NCBI GenBank assembly: GCA_964634005.1 | Contig: CAZWKQ010000001.1 | Coordinates: 343,788-407,787, forward strand | Origin: an uncultured Bacteroides sp. | GTDB taxonomy: Bacteria > Bacteroidota > Bacteroidia > Bacteroidales > JACABE01 | DNA length: 64,000 nt | Direction of reading: 5' to 3' | Part shown: piece by piece, positions 8,729 to 18,155 of the stretch | Numbering within the stretch: the stretch's first letter is position 1 | How the letters are laid out: each line of letters begins with the position of its first letter | The notes under the pieces: model-generated | Databases searched by the model: none | What the model was told of the DNA's origin: nothing | What the model saw: only the letters and a program-made list of their open reading frames with translations | Translations under genes and position numbers: made by a program

Positions 8729-10231
8729 TTAGAATACTACTTTAAATTCTACTCTTCGGTTTTTAGCTCTTCCTTCTTCAGTTTTATTACTTTCTACAGG
8801 TTGAGTATCGCCAAATCCCTCGGATTTTAATCTTTCAGGAGCAATTCCTTTTTTAATTAAATAATTTTTAACTGCTTCGGCTCTTTTCTTCGACAGCCAT
8901 AAGTTAACATTCGATTTTCCGGTATTATCGGTATGGCCGTAAATATCGAGATTATATTCTTTGTTTTCAACCATTACTTTAACTACTTTATCCAGTATAG
9001 GGAATGATTGTTTTTTAATTATATCTTTTCCGGTTTCAAATTGAATTCCCTGTAAAGCCTGATTGAAAACTTTCTTAACTTCGGCTTTAACCTCCGGACA
9101 GCCTGCATTTTCTTTAATTCCTTTTACTTCAGGGCATTTGTCCATATAATCAGGAACACCGTCTCCGTCAGTATCTATCGGGCAGCCTTTTGAGTCAACT
9201 TTAGCATCTTTTGGTGTATTTGGACAATTATCGAGATAATCGGGGACACCGTCTCCGTCGCTATCAACAGGGCAGCCTTTTTCATCAACTTTCACACCTT
9301 TTGGTGTATCAGAACATTTATCCAAATAGTCGGCTACGCCATCTCCATCTGTATCAACAGGACATCCAAAATTATCAACCTTCACGCCTGCAGGGGTTCC
9401 GGGACATTTATCCATATAATCAGGTATTCCGTCGCCATCAGTATCAACAGGACATCCGTTTGAGTCAACAATAACACCTCTTGGTGTTTTTGGGCATTTA
9501 TCCAGGTAATCGGGAACTCCGTCATTATCGGTATCGACAGGACAACCGTTAATATCAACTTTTACACCGCTTGGTGTTTCAGGACATTTGTCCGATTTGT
9601 CGGGAACACCATCTTTATCTGTATCCCTTGGAGCACCAAAAGCAAATACAAATCCTATCGAATGTGCTATATAATTGTCATTATTTTTAGCTACCCAAAA
9701 ATCTCTTTCGTCATTATCGGTAAAATTATAAAGCATTTGATACTGTAAAGCAAAATCTTTATAAATATTTAACTTTAAACCTCCTGCTACAGTATAAAGT
9801 ACATCATATCCGCTGTTTATCTTGCTTCCGTTATATCTCCAGTTATTGGCCATCCCGATTCCGCCTCCCACAAAAGGAGCAAAAAATGATTCTTTTTTTA
9901 ATAAATATCCGTTATTTAATTTATAAACTAACAACAAATTTATATCGGATTTTTTTCCTTTAAAATTCTTTTGTGCATCTTTGTAATATCCGTATAAACC
10001 GTATGTCCCTTGAATAATTGCATCGAAAGAACAATTTAAATATCTGTTTAGAGAGCCTCCGGCAAACCCGAAAATATTATTGTTTTCAAAATCAAGAAAA
10101 CCGTTACCGTAATCGCCATTATACTCATTTTTGCCTCCATAAACAGCTAAACCCCATTTTTTCTCGGCATTTTGCCCATTTGAAAATAAATATACTCCTG
10201 CAAGTAATAGAAATAATAAAATCTTTTTCAT
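8729..10231 (-). CDS. OmpA-family outer-membrane protein with thrombospondin type 3 (TSP3) calcium-binding repeats
   Basis: Signal peptide, then an N-terminal beta-barrel-like region, then seven DTDGDGVPDYLDKCP..GVKVD..GCP units. C-terminal OmpA_C domain (IYGHTDNTGK..N..LSKKRAEAV..YL, GFGDTQP, NRRVEF). Confidence 0.9.
   Translation of the reverse strand: MKKILLFLLLAGVYLFSNGQNAEKKWGLAVYGGKNEYNGDYGNGFLDFENNNIFGFAGGSLNRYLNCSFDAIIQGTYGLYGYYKDAQKNFKGKKSDINLLLVYKLNNGYLLKKESFFAPFVGGGIGMANNWRYNGSKINSGYDVLYTVAGGLKLNIYKDFALQYQMLYNFTDNDERDFWVAKNNDNYIAHSIGFVFAFGAPRDTDKDGVPDKSDKCPETPSGVKVDINGCPVDTDNDGVPDYLDKCPKTPRGVIVDSNGCPVDTDGDGIPDYMDKCPGTPAGVKVDNFGCPVDTDGDGVADYLDKCSDTPKGVKVDEKGCPVDSDGDGVPDYLDNCPNTPKDAKVDSKGCPIDTDGDGVPDYMDKCPEVKGIKENAGCPEVKAEVKKVFNQALQGIQFETGKDIIKKQSFPILDKVVKVMVENKEYNLDIYGHTDNTGKSNVNLWLSKKRAEAVKNYLIKKGIAPERLKSEGFGDTQPVESNKTEEGRAKNRRVEFKVVF
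9091..9628 (-). repeat. Seven tandem ~87-nt (29-aa) TSP3-type coding repeats
   Basis: The unit D(T/S)D.DG(V/I)(P/A)D..D.CP.TP.G..VD..GCP is repeated seven times in the translation. The last copy is partial. Confidence 0.85.
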
Positions 10232-10486
10232 AACATAAAGGTTTTAATAAAAATACTATTGATTTTTTCGTAAAATTAAATCTTTTTCAATAGATGAACA
10301 ATTATAAAGTTAAATAATGAAAAAATTTTCATTAAGTATTTATTTAATATTCTCTAAAATAATTTATTCCAAATTTTTCATTAGGAATATTGAGAACTAA
10401 TGAAATAAATTGAGTTTATTGTTAGATACTTTCGGCCGAAAAGAATAAAAAAACACCATAAAGAATTATCATTTAAAAATTTATTG

Positions 10487-10494
10487 TATCTTTG
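10487..10494 (+). promoter_or_regulatory. -7 box TATCTTTG upstream of tRNA-Leu
   Basis: Match to TAnnTTTG ending 12 nt before tRNA position 1. Confidence 0.5.
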
Positions 10495-10506
10495 CAAAGA
10501 ATTTAG

Positions 10507-10588
10507 CGGATGTGGCGTAATTGGTAGCCGCGCCAGACTTAGGATCTGGTGTCTAGCGACGTGGGGGTTCGAGTCCCTTCATCCGCAC
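10507..10588 (+). tRNA. tRNA-Leu (anticodon TAG), class II with long variable arm; CCA not encoded
   Basis: Acceptor gcggatg/catccgc. Anticodon stem ccaga/tctgg with loop cTTAGga. Variable arm tgtctagcgacgtg, T-loop ggttcgagtcc and discriminator A. Confidence 0.9.
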
Positions 10589-10592
10589 TTGA

Positions 10593-10617
10593 AACCCGTA
10601 AATTACGGGTTTTTTAT
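10593..10617. terminator. Hairpin terminator after tRNA-Leu, overlapping the stop of the convergent DUF4159-like gene
   Basis: cccgta (10596-10601) / tacggg (10605-10610), then TTTTTTA. Confidence 0.65.
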
Positions 10618-11279
10618 TGTGTAAATACGTACTGAATAATATTTGCCCCCATTTTTAAGGCTTTAAGCCTTGTAGCTTCAGAATCCTTATGAACATCCTG
10701 ATCTTCCCAACCATCTCCTAAATCACATTCGTAGCTGTAAAAACAAATCAATCTTCCTTCATAAAACAAACCAAAGCCTTGAGGACGTTTACCGTCATGT
10801 TCATGAATTTTTGGCAAGCCATTAGGAAAATCAAACTTTTGATGAAAAATTGGATGATTAAATGGAAGCTCAATGAAATCAAGCTCAGGAAAAACTTTCT
10901 TCATCTCAGGACGAATATATTTATCTAATCCATAATTGTCGTCAATATGCAAAAAACCTCCACTTATAAGATACTTCCTCAGGTTTTGTATATCTTTCTC
11001 CGAAAAAACTACATTACCATGTCCGGTCATATGTACAAAAGGATAATTAAATATTTCCTGACTACCAACATCTACAGTAGCGTATTCGGCATTAATATTT
11101 GTACCGAGATTCTGATTGCAAAATTTAATCAGATTTGTAAGTGAGGTAGGATTAGCATACCAATCGCCGCCACCGCCATACTTAAGCAGCGCTATTTGAT
11201 ATGTAGGAATAGGAGTAAATGATGTAAATAACAAAAATGTAAAAGTTATAAATAATGTTCTGAATTTTAATAATCTCAT
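10614..11279 (-). CDS. DUF4159-like secreted protein
   Basis: N-terminal signal-like segment. LLKYGGGGDWYANPTSLTNL and GGFLHIDDNYG resemble my recollection of the DUF4159 family. No search was run. Confidence 0.55.
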   Translation of the reverse strand: MRLLKFRTLFITFTFLLFTSFTPIPTYQIALLKYGGGGDWYANPTSLTNLIKFCNQNLGTNINAEYATVDVGSQEIFNYPFVHMTGHGNVVFSEKDIQNLRKYLISGGFLHIDDNYGLDKYIRPEMKKVFPELDFIELPFNHPIFHQKFDFPNGLPKIHEHDGKRPQGFGLFYEGRLICFYSYECDLGDGWEDQDVHKDSEATRLKALKMGANIIQYVFTQ

Positions 11280-11324
11280 TTCTCCCCAATATTTATAATA
11301 AAACGATTAAATTTAATTTTAATT

Positions 11325-12026
11325 TTATTCATTTATCAAACTTACGGTATGACAAGCAACCAAACCTGCTGTTTCTGTTCTAAGTCTTGATTTACCAAGT
11401 GAAACCGGTTTAATACCTATTTCTAAAGCCCTTTCTATTTCATTTTTACTAAAGTCACCTTCGGGACCTATTAAAATTAGTACACTTTCATTTTTAGGAC
11501 ATATTTTATTAAGTGTTGTTTCAATATTTTTGTCGCAGTATGCAATATATTTATTATCTGACGAAGCATAATGAATAAAAGACAGAAACTTTGAAGGTTC
11601 ATTAAGTCTTGTTTTATATGTTTTAAATGATTGCTTCATGGCAGAGATAATAATTTTTTCGAGTCTTTGCAAGTTTAAAGTTACTCTTTCTGAATGTTCG
11701 CATATAAGAGGTGTTATTTCATCTATGCCGATTTCAACAGCTTTTTCGATAAACCATTCGATGCGTGCAATATTTTTTGTAGGTGCGATAGCTATATGGA
11801 GATGGTAGTTTCTTTGACCATAGTTTTCTATAGTATTTATAACCTCTACAGTACAAGCTTTTATATCATTGCTTATTATTCTGCATTCATAAAGAGAACC
11901 TTCGCCATTTGTAAGATATATAATATTCCCTTCCTTTAAACGTAGAACCTTGACGCAATGCAATGATTCTTCTTTATTAAGTTGGTAGATATTACTATTT
12001 ATGTCAGGAGTAAAAAATAAATTCAT
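11325..12026 (-). CDS. rsmE: 16S rRNA (uracil1498-N3)-methyltransferase RsmE
   Basis: 233 aa. PUA-like N-terminus (HCVKVLRLKEGN), SPOUT C-terminus with LIGPEGDFS..E and LG..RLRTETA. Confidence 0.85.
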   Translation of the reverse strand: MNLFFTPDINSNIYQLNKEESLHCVKVLRLKEGNIIYLTNGEGSLYECRIISNDIKACTVEVINTIENYGQRNYHLHIAIAPTKNIARIEWFIEKAVEIGIDEITPLICEHSERVTLNLQRLEKIIISAMKQSFKTYKTRLNEPSKFLSFIHYASSDNKYIAYCDKNIETTLNKICPKNESVLILIGPEGDFSKNEIERALEIGIKPVSLGKSRLRTETAGLVACHTVSLINE

Positions 12027-12111
12027 AAAGAGAAGATTATTAAATTGCTTTAACGAAAAGAGGCTATCCTTTTTCGACAGCCTCTTTAAAATTTATTGCA
12101 GAAAAAAATTA

Positions 12112-13641
12112 TTATTTAGCAACTCTTTCAAGCCATTTTAGCATAAATAACATTGTAAACATAGAAATCAGACATGCCACAACGAAAACGCTCCATGTCA
12201 TCCAAATAGGAATAGAATCATAAAGTATTGCACCAATAAACAATAATTGATTTCCAAGAGCTGTAGCACCTAACCAACCACCCTGCATAATTCCTTGATA
12301 TTGAGGAGGAGCAACTTTAGACACAAATGAAATTCCCAATGGGCTAATAAATAACTCGGCTACAGTCAATATAAAATAAGTTCCTATGAGCAACCACGGT
12401 GTAACTCTTTGAGCATCGGACAGTCCACCCATTTCTGTAACTTCAGATTTTAAAGGAACATGTAATGAGCCAACTGCCATAACAACATAAGCCATAGCAG
12501 CTATAAACATACCAATTGCAATCTTTTTGGGTGTAGAAGGTTCTATGCCTTTTGCTCTGAACCATCCAAAAATTGACATTATAATAGGAGTAAGCAAAAC
12601 AATAAACAATGGGTTTATTGATTGGAAAATCTCGGCACCTTGTATAGTAACTATTCCAAGATTAATTTTAATACCACTCAAATCAGTATAGTCTTTTGCA
12701 AAGTATGTGAGTGTCAACCCATTTTGATGGAATGAAAACCAGAAGAAAATAACAACTCCAAAAACAGCAAATAAAGCATATAAACGTTGTTTAATTTCTT
12801 TAGCATCCATTTGAACATCATTTGGATCAATAGATTTTGATACTTTAGGTGCAGGATTAGGAAATCTTTTCTTATTAAACATATAAATCAAAAATGAAAT
12901 AAACATTGCACCTACAGATATTGCAAAAGCATAGTGGAATCCTTGAGTAAATACATTTAAATAATCATTTGCAAAAGCTGTGATATCGCTAACAGGTTTG
13001 CCACTTACCTGAACAGCAAGGTCTTGTAGCCTTTGAGCAGCTTCGGGTGTAATAGTTCCTTCAATATGATGATGGCAAAGCTCAGGTAAACTTGAGTTGT
13101 ATTGATACCCGAATTTTGCTAACCAACCGTTACGCATACCAACAGCCATTAATGGGGCAAATAAAGCACCAACATTAATAAACATATAAAACAATGAAAA
13201 TCCTGAATCTCGCATTTTCGAATACTCATTGTTATCGTACATTTGACCGACAAGAGCTTGAAGATTTCCTTTAAATAATCCATTTCCAAAGGCAATTGTA
13301 AATAAGCCAAAACATGAAATAATCAAAAAAAGTGTTTTATTTGGTACAGGGGTAGGTGTGGGTATGGCAATCATAACATAACCTAATGCCATTACAATAA
13401 GTCCTGTCATTATGGTTCCTTTGTAATTCCTTGTTTTATCGGCAATTAACCCACCAACAAATGCCAAAATGTAAATTGAAAAATAAAAAATTGAATAAAT
13501 TAATCCGGCATTAGTACCATTCAGACCAAACTTAGCCTGTAAAAAAAGTACAAGAATAGCCATCATGGTATAAAACCCAAAGCGCTCGCCCATATTTGCC
13601 AACGCCGCTGCTAAAAGTCCCTTTGGATGATTTTTAAACAT
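12112..13641 (-). CDS. POT/PTR2-family proton-dependent oligopeptide transporter
   Basis: GERFGFYTMMAILVLFL and FGNGLFKGNLQALVGQMY PTR2 signatures. Polytopic membrane protein of 509 aa. Confidence 0.9.
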   Translation of the reverse strand: MFKNHPKGLLAAALANMGERFGFYTMMAILVLFLQAKFGLNGTNAGLIYSIFYFSIYILAFVGGLIADKTRNYKGTIMTGLIVMALGYVMIAIPTPTPVPNKTLFLIISCFGLFTIAFGNGLFKGNLQALVGQMYDNNEYSKMRDSGFSLFYMFINVGALFAPLMAVGMRNGWLAKFGYQYNSSLPELCHHHIEGTITPEAAQRLQDLAVQVSGKPVSDITAFANDYLNVFTQGFHYAFAISVGAMFISFLIYMFNKKRFPNPAPKVSKSIDPNDVQMDAKEIKQRLYALFAVFGVVIFFWFSFHQNGLTLTYFAKDYTDLSGIKINLGIVTIQGAEIFQSINPLFIVLLTPIIMSIFGWFRAKGIEPSTPKKIAIGMFIAAMAYVVMAVGSLHVPLKSEVTEMGGLSDAQRVTPWLLIGTYFILTVAELFISPLGISFVSKVAPPQYQGIMQGGWLGATALGNQLLFIGAILYDSIPIWMTWSVFVVACLISMFTMLFMLKWLERVAK

Positions 13642-13790
13642 AATTTTTCTTTTTAATTAATAATTTATTTTTTCGATGGTACAAAAATAATCAAAAAATT
13701 TTCTTTACAAAATATATTTACCGTTAGCAGAAAAACAACCTTATCAAACATTATTTTCATTCATTAAAATTGTTTTGAATAAAAAATTGC

Positions 13791-13798
13791 TAATTTTG
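13791..13798 (+). promoter_or_regulatory. -7 box TAATTTTG upstream of prs
   Basis: Match to TAnnTTTG 16 nt upstream of the ATG at 13814. It lies inside the TTG-extended ORF, which argues for the ATG start. Confidence 0.45.
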
Positions 13799-13813
13799 CA
13801 AAAAATTTATTTT

Positions 13814-14752
13814 ATGTCCGATTTAGTAGGTATTTTTTCAGGGAGAGCTACTCACTATTTAGCAGAAAAGATTGCTGAACATTATGGAAAAGAGCTTGGG
13901 AAATCAATGGTTTTAGATTTTTCCGACGGAGAGTTTCAACCTTCTTATGAAGAGAATATCAGAGGACGAGATGTTTTTATTATACAATCTACATTTACTC
14001 CGACTGACAACTTATTTGAACTTTTGTTGATGATAGATGCAGCTAAAAGAGCCTCGGCAAAGAGAATAATTGCCGTTATACCCTATTTCGGTTTTGCACG
14101 TCAAGACAGAAAAGACAAACCAAGAGTATCAATTGCTGCCAAGCTGATAGCAAATTTGCTTACTGCAGCCGGTGTACAAAGAATAATAACTATGGACTTA
14201 CATGCCGACCAGATTCAGGGATTTTTCGATGTACCTGTTGACCACTTATACGGCTCCAGCATATTCATACCTTATATAAAAGAACTCAATATCCCTAATT
14301 TAACATTTGCTTCTCCAGATACAGGCGGAACAAGAAGAGCCGGAATGTACGCCAAAATGCTCGGAACAGGTTTTGTTATTTGTTACAAACAAAGAAATAA
14401 GCCGAACGAAGTAGGACAAATGGAGCTTATAGGTGAGGTAAAAGACAAAAACGTGATATTGCTCGATGACATAATTGACACAGGAAATACAATTATAAAA
14501 GCAGCTAACCTTGTTATGGAAAAAGGTGCTGCAAGTGTTCGTGCCGTGATAACTCATCCGCTTCTTACCGGTTGTGCTTATGAAATGATTGATAATTCGC
14601 CATTTACAGAACTTATTGTCAGCGATACTATTCCTCTTAAAAACCATAGCCCGAAAATAAAAGTTATTTCTACGGCAAAGCTTATTTCAAATGTTATAAA
14701 AAGAGTTGAAAACAACGAATCAATTTCAGATTTATATCATAAAAACTTTTAA
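13814..14752 (+). CDS. prs: Ribose-phosphate pyrophosphokinase
   Basis: MSDLVGIFSGRATHYLAEKIA.., PYFGFARQDRK, MDLHADQIQGFF, ILLDDIIDTGNT. The start was moved from the TTG at 13775 to the ATG at 13814. Confidence 0.92.
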   Translation: MSDLVGIFSGRATHYLAEKIAEHYGKELGKSMVLDFSDGEFQPSYEENIRGRDVFIIQSTFTPTDNLFELLLMIDAAKRASAKRIIAVIPYFGFARQDRKDKPRVSIAAKLIANLLTAAGVQRIITMDLHADQIQGFFDVPVDHLYGSSIFIPYIKELNIPNLTFASPDTGGTRRAGMYAKMLGTGFVICYKQRNKPNEVGQMELIGEVKDKNVILLDDIIDTGNTIIKAANLVMEKGAASVRAVITHPLLTGCAYEMIDNSPFTELIVSDTIPLKNHSPKIKVISTAKLISNVIKRVENNESISDLYHKNF

Positions 14753-14834
14753 AACACCCGTTTTTAGTAATAACTGGAGCCATCGAACTTTTTAGGGTGG
14801 AAAGTAATCGAAGCTCGAAATAAATAAATAAAAA

Positions 14835-15413
14835 ATGAAAACAGTATCTATGAGCGGTTCTCTAAGAGAGAACGTAGGGAAAAAAGATGCAAAAGCAAAC
14901 CGTACGAAAGGATTAGTGCCATGTGTGCTTTACGGTGGGAAACAACAATTGCACTTTGTTGCTAATGAAAAAGATTTCAAGCAAATTATTTTTACACCTG
15001 AAATCTGCTTTATTGAATTAAATATTTCAGGAAACACCTATTTGGCTACATTACAGGATGTTCAATATCACCCTGTAAGCGATCGTATCCTTCATGTCGA
15101 TTTTCTTGAAATAGTTGACGACAAAAAAATCGTAATCAATATTCCGATTAAAATTGTCGGTACTTCACCAGGTGTCCTCAGAGGGGGTAAGTTTGTTAAA
15201 AAAATGCGTACACTTAAAGTAAAAGGATTAGCAAAACATTTACCCGATAATATCACTATCGATATTTCAAAATTGGATATTGGAGACTCTATCAAAGTTA
15301 ACAATCTGGAATACGAACATATAGAATTTCTTGATGTTCCTTCTTCAGTTATTGTTACTGTTAAAACTGCACGCGGAGTAGAGGAAGCAGCAGCAAACGC
15401 CGAGTCAAAATAA
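14835..15413 (+). CDS. rplY: 50S ribosomal protein L25 / general stress protein Ctc
   Basis: 192 aa. R...GK..A...R..G.VP.V.YG motif (RENVGKKDAKANRTKGLVPCVLYGG). Sits in the conserved prs-ctc-pth order. Confidence 0.88.
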   Translation: MKTVSMSGSLRENVGKKDAKANRTKGLVPCVLYGGKQQLHFVANEKDFKQIIFTPEICFIELNISGNTYLATLQDVQYHPVSDRILHVDFLEIVDDKKIVINIPIKIVGTSPGVLRGGKFVKKMRTLKVKGLAKHLPDNITIDISKLDIGDSIKVNNLEYEHIEFLDVPSSVIVTVKTARGVEEAAANAESK

Positions 15414-15430
15414 TTTGAAAATATTCTGTT

Positions 15431-15496
15431 TTAAGAGACTGCCTTAAAAGTCAATTTTTTTACTTATGCAATTGACAATATTGGACAGTCTCTTAA
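15431..15496 (+). other. Two-tier stem-loop in the rplY-pth spacer
   Basis: Outer 11-bp perfect stem ttaagagactg (15431-15441) / cagtctcttaa (15486-15496). Inner 7-bp stem gtcaatt (15450-15456) / aattgac (15470-15476). Confidence 0.6.
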
Positions 15497-15518
15497 TGTT
15501 TTACAACGATAAGGTAAT

Positions 15519-16082
15519 ATGAAATTTTTAATCTGTGGATTGGGTAATGTTGGTGAAGAATACGCCAATACTCGTCATAATATAGGTTTTTTGGCTTTAG
15601 ATGTATTAGCCAAACAAGCCGAAGTAAATTTTTCATTAAACAGACATGCATATATGGCTGAAATGCGTTATAAAGGACGCAACATTACTTTGATAAAACC
15701 CACAACATATATGAATTTGAGCGGTAAAGCCATTAAATACTGGTTAGAAAAAGAAAAAATTCCTATCGAAAATTTACTTGTTATTGTAGACGATATCGCA
15801 CTTGAAACAGGTGTTATAAGATTGAAAAAATCGGGCAGCGACGGTGGTCATAACGGATTAATTAATATTACAGAAGTACTTCAAACAAATAATTTTGCAC
15901 GTCTTAGAATTGGAATCGGGAATAATTTTCCCAAAGGCTTTCAGGTTGATTATGTATTAAGTAAACTCACAAAAGAAGAAGAGGAAATATTCGATAAAAA
16001 GCTTCCGATAGTAGCGGAAGCCGTTAAAAGCTTTGTTACCATCGGAATTGAAAGAACAATGAACTTTTTTAACAACAAATAA
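15519..16082 (+). CDS. pth: Peptidyl-tRNA hydrolase
   Basis: LICGLGNVGEEYANTRHNIGF, YMNLSG, DDIAL..G..RLKKSGSDGGHNG. Confidence 0.92.
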   Translation: MKFLICGLGNVGEEYANTRHNIGFLALDVLAKQAEVNFSLNRHAYMAEMRYKGRNITLIKPTTYMNLSGKAIKYWLEKEKIPIENLLVIVDDIALETGVIRLKKSGSDGGHNGLINITEVLQTNNFARLRIGIGNNFPKGFQVDYVLSKLTKEEEEIFDKKLPIVAEAVKSFVTIGIERTMNFFNNK

Positions 16083-16083
16083 A

Positions 16084-16758
16084 TTACTCTCTTCTGCCTA
16101 AATATATCATCAGATAGTAAACCAAAGTACCTAACGAAGCTAACGCAGCCAAAACATAAGTATAAGCAGCCCAACGAAGCGCATCCTGAGCTTTATCATG
16201 GTTTGTATAATCGGTAATACCGGAATTGTTTAGCCATGCTAAAGCTCTGTTACTGGCGTCAATTTCAACAGGTAAAGTAATTAAACTAAACAGAGTTGTT
16301 AGCCCGAATAAAATAATTCCCACCAATAAAAGTGTAGGGAAAGTGTTTATCATTAATACGCCTGCTAAAAGCACCCATTGAACCCAGTTTGAAGCGAAGC
16401 TTACTATAGGAACCAATGCCGAACGCATCTCAAGAAAACTGTAAGCTCTGGCATGCTGTACCGCATGTCCGCATTCATGGGCGGCCACAGCTGCAGCTGA
16501 AACACTACTGCCATAATATACATCTTTACTCAAATTTACGGTTTTATTCTTAGGGTTATAATGGTCGGTAAGCTCACCATCTACACAAATGACGCTTACA
16601 TCATATATATCATTTTCGGTAAGCATCTTTTCAGCAATTTCCTTACCTGTTAAACCCCTCGAAACAGGAATTTTGCTGTAATTTCTGAACCTTTGCTTCA
16701 ACTGACTGCTTATCAAAAAGCTTATTAACATTACTACTATAAAAAATATTGTTATCAT
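16084..16758 (-). CDS. Membrane zinc metallopeptidase (Zn_peptidase_2 / YpfJ-unrelated neutral Zn peptidase family)
   Basis: HExxH as HECGHAVQH. N-terminal TM segment plus two C-terminal TM segments. 224 aa. Confidence 0.75.
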   Translation of the reverse strand: MITIFFIVVMLISFLISSQLKQRFRNYSKIPVSRGLTGKEIAEKMLTENDIYDVSVICVDGELTDHYNPKNKTVNLSKDVYYGSSVSAAAVAAHECGHAVQHARAYSFLEMRSALVPIVSFASNWVQWVLLAGVLMINTFPTLLLVGIILFGLTTLFSLITLPVEIDASNRALAWLNNSGITDYTNHDKAQDALRWAAYTYVLAALASLGTLVYYLMIYLGRRE

Positions 16759-17017
16759 AGTTTAAATCTTTTTTTATATTAACGCAAATTTTAATCCAAA
16801 AATATTTTTCTGACAAATTTTCGCTTTAAATCAAAATCGTGCCAAAATGTCATATTATTTTTGTAAAATTTTATCAAGTACTAATATGAGATGACCTCAA
16901 ATACCTTTAAATATTGATGTCTTTATATTTAAAATTTATCAATTTTTAAATACATTAATCAAAATATTTGGCATATTAGTTGCGTTAATAGTTTCGAATT
17001 TTAAAAAAGGAGGATAT

Positions 17018-17539
17018 ATGATTTTTAAAAAGAAAAATCAGTGGTATATTTTCCCATTTTTCCTGTTGATTTCTTTTATTTTATATTTGATAGTATCGAA
17101 CAATGGGGGCTTATACGGCAATCAATCCGAGAATTTTTCGGTAAAAGACACTTTAAAAAATCAACCTAAGGTAGATATTAAAGTAAATAAAAAGTATGAT
17201 GAATTTGGTAATCTGATACAATACGATTCTTCTTATAGTATTTTTTATTCATCTCCGGGAGCTGATATTCATTTTTTCAACGGAAACTCGGACAGTGTTA
17301 TGGCTCACTTTCGTGATTTTTTTGATAATGACAAATTTTTTAAAGATGAATTTTTCGATAAAAATTTCCGAATGTTCGATTTTGACAAAGGATTTTTCAA
17401 TATCGACCCTATGGAATCGATAAGAAAAATGCAGGAAAGAATGAAGAAATTTTATTATTTTCCAGATAATGACAGCATAATTTTTAATCAGCAACAACAA
17501 AAAATAAAGTCACAACCTCAAAATATGATAACTTTATAG
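17018..17539 (+). CDS. Hypothetical membrane-anchored or secreted protein, F/D/K-rich
   Basis: ATG preceded by a perfect AAGGAGG (17007-17013). N-terminal TM or signal segment. Low-complexity FFDNDKFFKDEFFDKNFRMFDFDKGFF. I recognise no family. Confidence 0.55.
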   Translation: MIFKKKNQWYIFPFFLLISFILYLIVSNNGGLYGNQSENFSVKDTLKNQPKVDIKVNKKYDEFGNLIQYDSSYSIFYSSPGADIHFFNGNSDSVMAHFRDFFDNDKFFKDEFFDKNFRMFDFDKGFFNIDPMESIRKMQERMKKFYYFPDNDSIIFNQQQQKIKSQPQNMITL

Positions 17540-17605
17540 ATAGGCACAATAAATTTAACCCTGAAGACAGAAATTTTTGACTAACTTTGACCACAAAAAA
17601 AATAA

Positions 17606-18145
17606 ATGCTCGCAGAAGCAAAAAAAATTGTCAGAAAAGAAATTAAGCATTATAAATCGCTTATGAGTAATCAGGAGCGGATTACCCGCTCAGATTTTCT
17701 TTTAAGAAAATTGGAAAATAATATTCGGTTTATTAACAGTAAGACTATTCTATTTTACTGGTCTATGGATGATGAAATTCATACACATGATTTTATTCAA
17801 AAATGGTCGGATAAAAAAAGAATTATTTTGCCTAAAGTAAACGGAGACACCCTTGATTTAAAAGTATTTACTAATATAAACAGTTTAAAAGAGGGGGAAA
17901 GATACGGAATTTTGGAGCCAGACGGTGAAGATTTTAACGATTATGACAGAATTGATCTGGCAATAGTACCGGGCGTTGCCTTCGACAGTAAAGGAAATCG
18001 CCTTGGAAGAGGAAAAGCTTATTACGACAAACTTTTACCTAAAATAAATGCATACAAAATTGCATTGTGTTTTTCTTTTCAGCTAAAAGAAGAAATACCG
18101 GCTGACGAAAATGACATTAAAGTTAATGAGGTGATCTCTGAATAA
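17606..18145 (+). CDS. 5-formyltetrahydrofolate cyclo-ligase
   Basis: VPGVAFDSKGNRLGRGKAYYDKLL motif. 179 aa. Confidence 0.85.
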   Translation: MLAEAKKIVRKEIKHYKSLMSNQERITRSDFLLRKLENNIRFINSKTILFYWSMDDEIHTHDFIQKWSDKKRIILPKVNGDTLDLKVFTNINSLKEGERYGILEPDGEDFNDYDRIDLAIVPGVAFDSKGNRLGRGKAYYDKLLPKINAYKIALCFSFQLKEEIPADENDIKVNEVISE

Positions 18146-18155
18146 ATTGAATTAA

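Noticed and set aside
16777-16990. 11-bp inverted repeat tattaacgcaa / ttgcgttaata flanking the 16759..17017 intergenic region, which could be taken for terminal inverted repeats of a miniature element
   Set aside because: A single 11-bp match about 200 nt apart is roughly what chance gives across 64 kb of AT-rich DNA. There are no target-site duplications and no second copy in the window.
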